Assembly (NCBI GenBank): GCA_002269645.1
Contig: NIVC01005113.1
Coordinates: 1 to 25,878 of the forward strand
From: Macrostomum lignano
Taxonomy: Eukaryota
DNA length: 25,878 nucleotides
Direction: 5' to 3'
Shown here: positions 9,679 to 19,487 of the stretch, in pieces
Numbering within the stretch: position 1 is the stretch's first letter
How the letters are laid out: every line of letters starts with the position of its first letter
Notes under the pieces: model-generated
Database searches by the model: none
Seen by the model: only the letters and a program-made list of their open reading frames with translations
Told to the model about the DNA's origin: nothing
Translations under genes and position numbers: made by a program

Positions 9679-10494
9679 GAGACAGTTAAAGTAAAAACTG
9701 TATATTACTGCTAGACCAATACAGGTACTTATTGACAAGAGATTGAATAATTTTTATATTTATGATACAGTGATTAGACCAGACCTCCCACTATTCCCAC
9801 TTCACGTAAATTGTTTATACTATATGTGTATTGATGTTATTTCCCTGCGTGGAAATCCTTATTTTGCCCCTTACTGTATTTTGGGTTTCCATCCTCTATA
9901 TTTTGTTTTACTGTTAATTTGAATAGGGTTACACAGAGTTTTTAGTCACTACCACCACCCAGAGTATCCAATTTTTCCATTGCATCAAATTCTCTTTCCA
10001 ACTGGGGTAACCCCTCTCCTTCCAGTGGCTCATGAGAGCAAGAGCCTGAGTCCCTTTTTTTATCAGCCAGACTTAAATGGAATACCCATATTCATGACTC
10101 CAATATTTGAGGACCCTAATTGTAAGCCCCTACTACCCTAACCCAACCAGGTCCTTTCCCAACAATACCCCTAATTGCGACTAACTAATTACCTAAGTGT
10201 TATTAAATAATAAATTAATCTCAATTGTGATAAAATTTCCAGATTTGCAACTAATAATTAAGGTACCAGTATAATAAATTTATCCTAAGCTGTTATTTGA
10301 GCCTTTATGACCTTAGGAAGCATTTATCAATTCTTGATAATCTAATTAAGTGGAGTTCTTAGGCAAATTTGAGCTAATTGTATTTCAGAATCTTCTTTGT
10401 GAATTACTAGTGGTAGAATCAAACTAACAACTTTTAGTATAATACTCAGTGAATTTAGCTTATTCTGGTTTTGTGGTAGACATAGCTAATATAC

Positions 10495-11370
10495 TGTGGT
10501 AGGCCGGTCTACCACTGGGGTGAGCGACGGCAGGCTTCCAGTGCCGACAACGGCGGGACGTTCGGCTCAATTCCATAGAATGACGGACTGACGTCATTTT
10601 TTAATTTTTGCTCCCTTGTTTGTTCCCCCGGTTGTCCCCGCCTTTGCTCCCTCGTCTGTTCCTTTTTCTGTTCCTTCCCTTGGCCCCTGTTGTTTTAGTG
10701 TTTCCAGTGGTCGGGTTTCTTCGTTTCCCATCATTGTCCCTTCCCTTGTCCCATCCTCTGCCCCACCCCTGGGACCCCCACGCTAATTTTATATATTTTA
10801 CGTTGACTTTGGAGTCTCTAATTCTCTCCTCCCCTGTTGGTTGTTTGTTAGTTTGTTCAGTTTTTTGTTTCCGGTCTTTGCTCATTTGTCTCGCGTAGCT
10901 CTAATAATTAACGGTAATAATAATAACGAAATAATAATAAGTTCGCAAATATCAATAATATTTATTCAGTTGTTCAGAATCGAAGCCTTTAGTTTTCTAT
11001 TGAGTCATTTGCCCGCGGGGCGTAAAATAACCAGTCAGTCTCAACTCAAAGAAAGCTCTGAGACCCTCAACGTTCTGTAAAACGACATTTACGGTGGTGG
11101 CAGCGCTACTTTACTACTGAAAGTAACACAACTAGCAATCTCGACGAATTACGAGTTTACGGTGTCTGAGGACCCATTCTGAACGACTCGGGCCGCTACT
11201 AGACCGCTCGACTGCGATTACAACTACCCTCCCCCCGGAATTGAGGACCCAGCAGACAGAGTAACCAAGGAAAAGAATCAGCGCATCAATTTGTGCATTT
11301 TCCGGCTTTATTTGTGCTTCTACAATGCCAGCGGCAAATCAAACGAGGAATCCGCCCCACCTCACTAGTG
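10495..11370 (+). mobile_element. Non-coding LTR-retroelement-like segment, copy A (pyrimidine tract, PBS-like motif, conserved leader)
   Basis: Homologous to 13635-14620 (-) with exact 18-20 bp blocks. TGGTGGCAGCG at 11095-11105 is complementary to the 3' end of tRNA-Leu(AAG/TAG). Outer boundaries are approximate. Confidence 0.5.
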
Positions 11371-11765
11371 TCAACAAATTTTCGAAACCAAGAGTTTCCA
11401 AGAAAAATTCTTCTCCACCCTACCTCAATACATTTAGGCATTTTGAAAGATATCATCAATTGGGCTACTTAGCCACAACAATAGCTAAAATAACAATAGT
11501 TTTATATTACTTAGCAACAACAAAAAGTATAAAAATTAAAGTAAGCTAAAAACTTTTTCTTTTTATATTAGACTTAGACAAAATATAAATAGGTCTTATT
11601 TATTAACTTAGTCTTAATAAATAATAGATAGGGCCTATATTTTATATGGCATACAATAGGATCCTACCAAAAACGAATTAAAATTAAGTAGATAAAAACA
11701 TAAGCAGATTAGGCCTAACCAATTGTCATTATCAATTGTCTTCTAGTTTCCTATGCATGAAAACA

Positions 11766-12419
11766 GGGTACCAGTCATTTTGGCAAGTCATTTTGGTGAA
11801 AGGCCTTTTTCCAAAACATATTAAAAAAGTCAATTTAGCAAAAAGCTTACTATTACATATAAAATGATGCAAGTAGGCCTAGGCCTAATTTGTTATTAAA
11901 CAAACATTTTCCTAGTGATAGATAAAACTTAAATGTTGTTAATTTAGGGAATTTTTTTGTAATATTGTGTACAAACTTTAAAGCAACATAAGTGACAATC
12001 AATTGCTTTGATGCATAATTGGTTAATATATACGCACGCATAGGGCCTATACACTGCACTTTTAAAACTTGCTGAATCTTTCAATCACTTGAACCATACT
12101 TGAAACATATGTATAATTTTCAAGGTTTTCTATTTTTTATTTTAATTTTGCCTATATTAAACCATTCATTTAATGTTACACTAAACATTTTTACAAATCA
12201 AAGTTAAGTTCCTTTGCCTGTAAATACACATATTTTACATATTCAAAATTCTATTCAAAAACCATAACAAACAACTGATAAACAAAGAAATAATACACTA
12301 TAACTATATAGCACCTTATAAACGTGGTGAAAACTTTTTGCCAAAATGAACTTTGCTAAAATGACTTTCACCAAAAAAACTTTTGCCAAAATGACTTTTT
12401 ACAAAAATGATTGTAAACC
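11766..12419. mobile_element. Mutator(MULE)-type MITE, 654 bp, 9-bp TSD ATGAAAACA
   Basis: TSD at 11757-11765 and 12420-12428. Termini are GG...CC: GGGTACCAGTCATTT vs reverse complement GGTTTACAATCATTT (11/15). Inverted subterminal repeats of AAGTCATTTTGGCAA have an exact 15-bp period at 12338-12412. Confidence 0.8.
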
Positions 12420-12504
12420 ATGAAAACATGCTAGTGGCTAGCTATGGTAGCAGTGACTATTTTAAGGATGAATTCAATTCAGGTATACACAAAGCTTAGG
12501 CTTT

Positions 12505-12679
12505 AGGAGCAGACTGAGGGGAGGCCAAGGGGGCCATGGCCCCCCCTCAGCTCTGCCAAAAAAATCCTCAAATGTATTGGTATCATGCTATATTAGTATC
12601 ATGGTACCCTAATTGCAGCTCTGGCCTGACCAGACATGAAGCTTGCCCCCCTCTCAATAAAATCCTAGGTCTGCCCCTG
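12505..12679. mobile_element. Short MITE of the (C)AGGGGC...GCCCCTG type
   Basis: AGGAGCAGAC at the left end vs GTCTGCCCCTG at the right end. Internal palindrome GGGGGCCATGGCCCCC. Same general architecture as 1238-1774. Confidence 0.55.
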
Positions 12680-13634
12680 ATAAAGCTGTCTTTTGCCTAG
12701 AGCTCAAAGGCATCATCACCAAGGGCATACACCATACGGCAGGCTATGCTAGGGCCTAGAGTTTGTGCACACTGGCTTGTTGGCTCTGTCAGTTGATTGG
12801 GCAGTGGGATAAGCCTAAGGATATTCTCAATCTCAATGACAATATGCCATATGATATTGCATCATTTGTAGGCCTACAATACTTTTTATATTGAATTCAA
12901 TTTTGCTCAACTATTCTTAAATTACAAGCTCATTTGCAAAATTTGAAGAATTTCTCAAAATGACCTACCTAAAAAGGCCAAGTCTCAAAATTTCAAGATT
13001 GAGATTGAGATCTTGGTTGGACTCTAGCCTAGGCTAGGGAGGGGCCTAGGCGGCAGGCCTAATGAGGCCCTATAATAATTATAGAATAGACCTAGTTACA
13101 TAGAATATAAAACAAAATTTCTGCTAAAAAGACAATTGATCTTTCAAAAATTTAGTCATTCCAAGAGAGGGTCGCATTATGCTTTTCAACTTTTGAACCA
13201 TAACATAACAGATAAGATAGAACAAAGCTGCAAAAAGCATAGGCCTAAAGCAACCCATGTCAAACTTCTAGTTCTATATTTTTCACATAGCTGCTTACGA
13301 ATTCTAAAACAACTGAACCCATAGCAGAGCATAAACTATGCTGATGGTCGTTCTTCATTACATTATGAAAGGTGGGGTGAGGTGTCATCACCATCTGTGC
13401 GCTCATTTTGTCTGCCGCCGTCTTTTCGTCTGCCGGGAGACGAAATCACTTTTCGGAAGTAAGAGTAGTAGAAGTAAAATTAGCTGCAAAAATTATTAAA
13501 CTAATTTTCCATAATGGAATATTTTGAGACATGCAGAGAGTTATAATGAGATATTATTTTATGTATGCGTAATTTTGTTTATCGCAATATAATATAATAT
13601 TTAAACATCGTTGATACTTGATAGATGTGAAGTG

Positions 13635-14620
13635 GGGGCGGAGAAAGAAACAAACAAAGAGTGCGAGTTGGGTTGGTTGGGCAAATTTGAATTGCCGCTG
13701 GCGTCGAGTTCGCACGAATTAAGCCGGAAAATCGCGCAGTCGAATCTCAACAAATTCCTCCGGTTACGATCCGTCTGCCGCGGTCCTCAATTCCGGGGGA
13801 GAGTAGTCATAATCGCAGTCGAGCGGTCGTTAGCAGGCACTGTCGTTCAAATTGGGTCCTCAGACACCGTAATTAATATACGTCGATTTGCGTTAAAGTA
13901 AGAGTAGCGTATGCTGCTGCCACCACCGTAATTGACGTTTTACGGAACGGTAACTTCACGGGCAAATTACTCGTATATACATGTAAGATAGAGTTATGGG
14001 CTTAATCGATCAAGGAATAACTGTTGCCTAAATAATGGTCACGTTTATTGGTATTAAATTTGGGAGCGAGTTCAGTGAGGACGTACGTCGACGGTGATCA
14101 GATTCGTCAGCCGCGGTGCGCGAGGCTAAAGTATAGTAAAAATGCTAGTTGTTTTGCACTAAGTGTGGGCTGAGCAAAATAATAAATTTGTGGTCAGAAG
14201 TCAAGTACAAAGCCGAGCAAAAGTTGAGTAAAAGTTAAGTAAAACAAAAACGGCGATTGGCATATAAATAAAGCATGCAAAACAGCACATGGACCGAGGG
14301 GTCCAAGAGATGGGAAGTGGGCGACCAGGATATATGAAGCGTTGGGCTCCAAGCGCTGGGCAACCAAAGGCCCGCTAATGGAAAGCGGCGAAAAATCCAC
14401 AGGTTTACGCAAAAAACAAAACAGAAAAAAGAAAACGGGAGCAGAGGGCCAGGGAAAGTAGCTGCGCCCAAACCACACATTAAGGGACAGAAAAGGGCCA
14501 AAGCCGGGAATGTGGGAATGACGACATTTCGTCATGGGGGTGGGCACCTCACGGTGGACAACTGGGACCAAACCCGGGAAGCAAAAAAAGTCGAAAATTC
14601 GAAAGTCGAAAGTAACGAAA
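13635..14620 (-). mobile_element. Non-coding LTR-retroelement-like segment, copy B (inverted relative to copy A)
   Basis: Exact shared blocks with copy A: 13853-13872 = 11157-11176, 13810-13828 = 11202-11220, 13782-13799 = 11232-11249. PBS-like TGGTGGCAGC at 13916-13925 (-), with a similar upstream pyrimidine tract. Confidence 0.5.
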
Positions 14621-15500
14621 GTTCCAAAAAAGCTCGTAATAAAGATAAAAATAAAGTGGTTGCCCCTCTACGACTACTACAATAGATCGCTTCGATTTCG
14701 GGAGTAAGTTGACATCCCCTTAGAAATTAGCACGTACGAGCTACTGCTAGAAAAAGTTGTTTGGTTAGGAACGGTCTATATTTCGTAGAAAAAAGGTCAA
14801 ATTGGATTACGAATTCATTCTGTAATTACAGGTAGCTTTCATTCTTTTCTACACAATCGATAGCCAAGCTATAGACAGCCATTGTTTCCGCTGGCAAACA
14901 ATGGCAACCAAATGGTGCTTGGTTTTCCTCAGTAGTCATTCTTACTGGAAGCTGCGGCGCTAGAAGCAGCGCGAAATCGAAGACAAAACTTTACAGGAAG
15001 TTGAGTTTCTTTCCGACTCTGGATGCAGCAGGCGAAACCCTACCAACAAGTTGATGTGCAGCAGTTAGGAAGCTGACTTAAGTAAGGCATCCAGGCCCTG
15101 CCTCGGTCCGGAAATCTTCGCAACTTGCAATTCCCTTGAGTTGATCAAAACTTCTCTGCTGCAGTAGCTGTTACTGTTTTTTTGTCTGTACATTTACTGT
15201 AATGGCTTTACGAGCAAGCTCTAGTTACTCAAATTATGTCATCAGAAACATAGAACGGAAGCAAAAAATACTAAAATTTTGTTGCTCGTCGTAAAGACAG
15301 CAAATATTTTCTTGAACTCTTCGTTTTATTAGCTCGTAATAACTGAAAAAAAATATTTAAGACAAGTTTTGGTTTTGGGAAAGTGTTAAAGTTACCATAA
15401 ATATTGAAAATTTTCAGAGTTTTAGTTTTCAATGTTACTTCAGACATGTCGTTTTAGTTAGATTTCGTGGATTTGAAAATTCTTTGGACTGTTATGAGGT

Positions 15501-16280
15501 TCACACGTGAATCCGTTTGTACTTCATCCATTGCAGCATCTCTTCGTTGTTGGCAGAAAAGCCGGAGTCACTCAGCGGCAGGCTGGCGTCAAAGTAAGGC
15601 AGCAGAACGCACTGCCTCCTCACCGGGTGCCAGTAGTATCCGATGCAGTCCTCAAACTCGAACACAAGACAGACCTGGGAGCAGTGGAAGTGAGTTTTAG
15701 CCCTTGGTTCCTTGATCCAGCAGCCCGGGTCGGGTTGATTGTACGCGACGATTTCCGTGCGAACGAATTTACTTGTGGTCGCTTTGTTAGCGATTCGGTT
15801 GGCCACAGCGGCATCCTCGTAGCAGAGAACGTTGTTTAGATCATTGCAAGTCTCGTCCCTCAGCTTTCTTTCTGAGTCACTTTTTATTGTCACACAGTCT
15901 TGGCTGCTGTCCTGATTATTTGGTTCCGTACTTAGGAAATATGACCCACTACCATCCGTGACCTGGCCATCCTTGATCCAAACCCAGCCGTCTTTCTGAG
16001 TGCCTCTCTCGTTCAGCGCATCGACCAGTCCGACCCACCATCTGTCACCAGAAAAGCTCGCAGCCGTCATGGCGTCGTGCACAGACTTGCTGATCATCTC
16101 CTGACCGTGGTCGTGACAAATCCTAATAGCATCGCAGAATGTCACCTGTTTATCGTAATTCTTGACACACCAAGACTTTCCAGAATTGTTGACCGCAATC
16201 AACCCGCCAGAACAAGTCGCGGCAACAGAGGCAGTCATTAACAGAAGGGCAGCTACCATTGGAAGGAGTAGAAATGCCAT
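15501..16280 (-). CDS. Secreted C-type lectin domain protein with C-terminal PAN/apple-like module (259 aa, single exon)
   Basis: Signal peptide MAFLLLPMVAALLLMTASVAA. CTLD cysteines, WWVGL, GWVW, EPN motif, DC, and LRD at the WND position. The C-terminal C-x3-C-x7-C-x2-Y-x-W-x6-C-x-L fits the PAN core. Confidence 0.9.
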   Translation of the reverse strand: MAFLLLPMVAALLLMTASVAATCSGGLIAVNNSGKSWCVKNYDKQVTFCDAIRICHDHGQEMISKSVHDAMTAASFSGDRWWVGLVDALNERGTQKDGWVWIKDGQVTDGSGSYFLSTEPNNQDSSQDCVTIKSDSERKLRDETCNDLNNVLCYEDAAVANRIANKATTSKFVRTEIVAYNQPDPGCWIKEPRAKTHFHCSQVCLVFEFEDCIGYYWHPVRRQCVLLPYFDASLPLSDSGFSANNEEMLQWMKYKRIHV

Positions 16281-16305
16281 GACCGAGCGGACCAGTTTTT
16301 TGTTG

Positions 16306-16419
16306 ATTGCGCAAAACCAAAATCTTTAATTAGCCGAAGAGATGATTGTAGATCCGGGGAATTTTCGCGGCGAGATCTTCTCTCCGTTGCATATGATGGA
16401 TGCTTTATAGAAAATTCCC
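16306..16419 (-). promoter_or_regulatory. Candidate lectin promoter: TATAAAG, two inverted GGGAATTTTC (kappaB-like) sites and a C/EBP-like site
   Basis: GGGAATTTTC at 16357-16366 (+) and 16410-16419 (-), TATAAAG at 16403-16409 (-), ATTGCGCAA at 16306-16314. Confidence 0.35.
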
Positions 16420-17230
16420 AACGTCATTTTGGTTGCAGGGATCAGCAGGTAGAAAGGCCTAGCGTTGCCATGGAGTGAAGCATCCAAGGAGCGTAAATTT
16501 TCGCGATTGTCCGCCAATAAGCTGTGGCTCCAAGATTGCGTGCGAGAGCTACAATTAAGATACATCCGTTAGGCCTAACTAACTCTCGGCAGTGTTTCCT
16601 TCAACCCCCCCCCCCAAATTATCGATCGTGAGGCCTCAACGCTCATGCCATGCAGTTGCTATCTGAGGAGACAGTATTTTTTAAATCAAAAACTTTTTGA
16701 TTTGCAGTCTCCTGAATGAAGGACGTTTCTAAAAATGATTCATGAGGGCGATTTTTCATCCTAGCCGGCTCATAGAAATGCTCTTTAACTCAACATACTA
16801 GCGGCTATCAGCTCTGTAGGAGTGATTGTCTACTGACAAATACATGTAGAAAGTGCAGAGTTTGGCGCAGAAAGCTTGCAAGACGGGTAAATAAGTGTTG
16901 CCTATATACTGGTACAATGACTACTTATCGTGCTGTTTACCGTTGATTTTGAGGCAGATTTAGCGCAGAAAGCGCAAATTATACTACGACATGAAAAGAA
17001 TATTGTTGGGTTTCGACCTTCGGGCTCCTTGTTAGGGAAGCCTTCGGGCCTCAGGCTCAGAAATAAATCAATTAGAGACCTGGCCCCCCACTCCTGTCAG
17101 ATGGTCAGCCCCATGGTAGCTTGATCGTGTGACGAGCAGTCTAGGTCCTATAGCTAAGAGAGGGACAGCGAGAGACGAGCAGGGAGAATTTTGAAAGTAG
17201 AAATTAGCTAATCCGCAGATCAACTAACTT

Positions 17231-18400
17231 GCTGCCACCAGCCCGTACGCCCTGGCTCACCACACCGGGACTCTCGAAATCGGGCTTCCGACTAGAAGGG
17301 GCTTTGCACTTACCTGCCAACTAGTGTCTTTTTGCTGTCAATCTCGAAGTCATAGCCGATGATAAGGGACACTGCTGGGACACTGCGGTGGCGAGTCTAT
17401 GGGGTAGCTACATGTACTATTACATTGCTAAATACGAAGATATGTACTTTTGGCCTTCAACGCGCCAACTAGCCTCTCATAGCGCTGATGATAGGCTAAC
17501 TCGAACTTCAGAGACCGCATGATTCATTTACCCGAGCCGCTTGGCTAACCTAGAGTGCAAAGGGTACATCTCTGGCGCCGATTCTGCACTCCTGGCAGTT
17601 TCGCTAACTGATTTGATAGATTGATCGACTGAGAACTGCCTTGCCATTGGTCCACTGTGACCGGCGCCTACTAGCTTAGCTACTCATCTGAGCCATCGCG
17701 AACAAAGAAATAAAACCGATAAAAATAACTGTTAGATTTAACCTTCTCCTTAGTTCACTTCACACCTCAGATTGAATTGGAGTCTCAGACTACTAGCAGT
17801 ATTATTAAGTGATTTCTGCCTCAGCAACAGCACTACTGAACAAAATGAGCAAAAGTGTGCGCCTAATTCAGCTACTGAAACAGGGGACAGATAGGGGATC
17901 ACCCAATCAAGCAAGCCTAGGTAGCCTCTCACCCAACCAATCAGAAACTCAACAGCCGGAGACCAGGTAGTCCACAGTGACCGAATCGGCTTGATGCTTC
18001 GCAGCTGTAGACTCGGGATGATGCTGTCACGATCTTCGCTGATAGCTAGCAGGTGATGATCTTTGCTTGATGTTCGCTGCTGTCGACCGGGGGACTCGTC
18101 CTTGATGATGATGGGGGAAGTCGCAATCCGGGGATCAAGAAACGACGGTCGTGCTCCGGGAACCAGAAGTTGCGCGCTGGGCCCGAGCCAAAGTTGAGTC
18201 CGAGCGGGCCAAAAACTCCGGTTTAAATAGCCGCCAACTGGACCGCAGTTTGTTATAATGGAACACGTCGATTCTGATTGGCTGAGCCGTTTTGTTAAAA
18301 TAAGCGCCGAATTTTCTGATTGGCTAAGCTTGTTGCTACCCAGAATCACGTGACCGAGAGATCCTATCAGTTCCCACAGGGTCGTAAAAAGATGACAGGT
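17231..18400 (-). mobile_element. Third LTR-like segment (different family): U3-like promoter, long non-coding tract, PBS-like motif
   Basis: TGGTGGCAGC at 17231-17240 (-) is preceded by TACGGGC (copies A and B have TTACGG), and a promoter module lies at 18222-18353. No gag/pol, and no AATAAA found on the minus strand. Boundaries are approximate. Confidence 0.4.
18222..18353 (-). promoter_or_regulatory. E-box + two CCAAT boxes + TATA
   Basis: TCACGTGA at 18346-18353; ATTGG at 18319-18323 and 18277-18281 in a duplicated TTCTGATTGGCT; TATTTAAA at 18222-18229 (-). Shares TTAAATAGCC and TCTGATTGGCTG with the 2310-2374 module at similar spacing. Confidence 0.55.
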
Positions 18401-19278
18401 GCGGCCATAAATCACTCAAAATCGCAACAAAATGATTTATGACTTTTCGCGTAGGATTGACGGAAATAAATGAAAAAATATACATTAGAAAGCTCTTATT
18501 AAATAGAAAGTGAAGATAATGAAGAGAAATCGCTAATCGCTAATCCCAAAGTACTTTTAGGGGTAAAACGCATAGCTGTCAAAGCTGTCACACGCTTGAG
18601 TGAACACGAACAATAGGCTCTGACCTCATAAATCTTGATGGCCTGTCAAAATGATGAGAAAAAAGCTACCGCCCGCATCCTCTCAGACCATCTGGCGCCC
18701 GCCTCAACACTGAGTGAGGCGCAGGTGGCTGTCAGACCAGCTTCGAAAGCGATGATTTATGACCCAAAAAGCTGCGCCTATGTTATTATGACTACTAGTA
18801 TGACCAGACATTATATCTAGTATAGATTTTATGAAAATTCGCAGAAAAAGGATAAAAATGCCCATTGCCCACTGTTAGTAGGCAAGTAAGTTAGAGCCCA
18901 TGTGCTAGCGCGGGATTTGGGAAAAAGTGCGTCCTCATCAATATGCAATTTTTGTAAAAAAAGAAGTATACAAAGATAATAAGACCAATTGCTCTTTTGG
19001 TACTCGGGTCCTAAAATGTTTTTAAAAATTTATCAATATAATAGTGCGGCAAGCAAAGTGGCCGCTACCATGTGGACCTGCTGTAATATTCTATACATAA
19101 TCAATAAAATATTCGCTCGTAGTCAGAAATAATCTTTCGCATCCTCTTCCTCAATTAGAATATAAAAACTGACGAAAAAACTCGCAAATCTGTTGAAATA
19201 CGTAGTGTAAGTTGAAAATGAAAGCAAAAATGCGTACTGTCGCGATTGTACATGTATAGGCAATCTTACTCAATAGAA

Positions 19279-19360
19279 GGGCGAAACGTCTGTGGGCTAA
19301 TTGGTCTGTGGTGACACTTTCCCGCGGGCAAATTTCCGGCGGGCTAATGTCATTACTGCC
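19279..19360 (-). mobile_element. One terminus of a MULE-like element with about 5 degenerate 15-bp subterminal units
   Basis: The minus strand begins GGCAGTAATGACATTAGCCC, matching the terminus at 22595 (GGGTCTATGACATTAGCCC). Units such as TTTGCCCGCGGGAAA match the 21930-22595 array. Confidence 0.7.
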
Positions 19361-19487
19361 GCCTGCAGCACCAAAATGAGTGCCTGCGGCGCCAAATGAG
19401 CGCTTGTACATATTAATTGTACATATTGTAGAATTGTAGAATTCTTCTGGCTTGCCCCCCACCATAAAATCCATGGCGACGCCCCTG
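19361..19487 (-). mobile_element. Left half of a CAGGGGCG-type MITE (relative of 1238-1774)
   Basis: The minus strand CAGGGGCGTCGCCATGGATTTTATGGTGGGGG..CAAGCCA aligns to 1238-1285 and is followed by about 2 copies of the 21-bp unit. Confidence 0.75.

Noticed and set aside
12825-13010. 13-bp inverted repeat TCTCAATCTCAAT suggesting a small MITE
   Set aside because: The repeat is low-complexity and no TSD or second copy was found.
17005-17065. Hammerhead-ribozyme look-alike on the minus strand (CTAACAAGGAGCCCGAAGGTCGAAAC)
   Set aside because: The CUGANGA box has two mismatches and I could not find stems I/III or a cleavage triplet; at best a decayed relic. An Infernal search with Rfam hammerhead models would settle it.
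17750-18415. 221-aa minus-strand ORF
   Set aside because: No ATG start or recognisable motif, and it runs through promoter boxes of an LTR-like segment.
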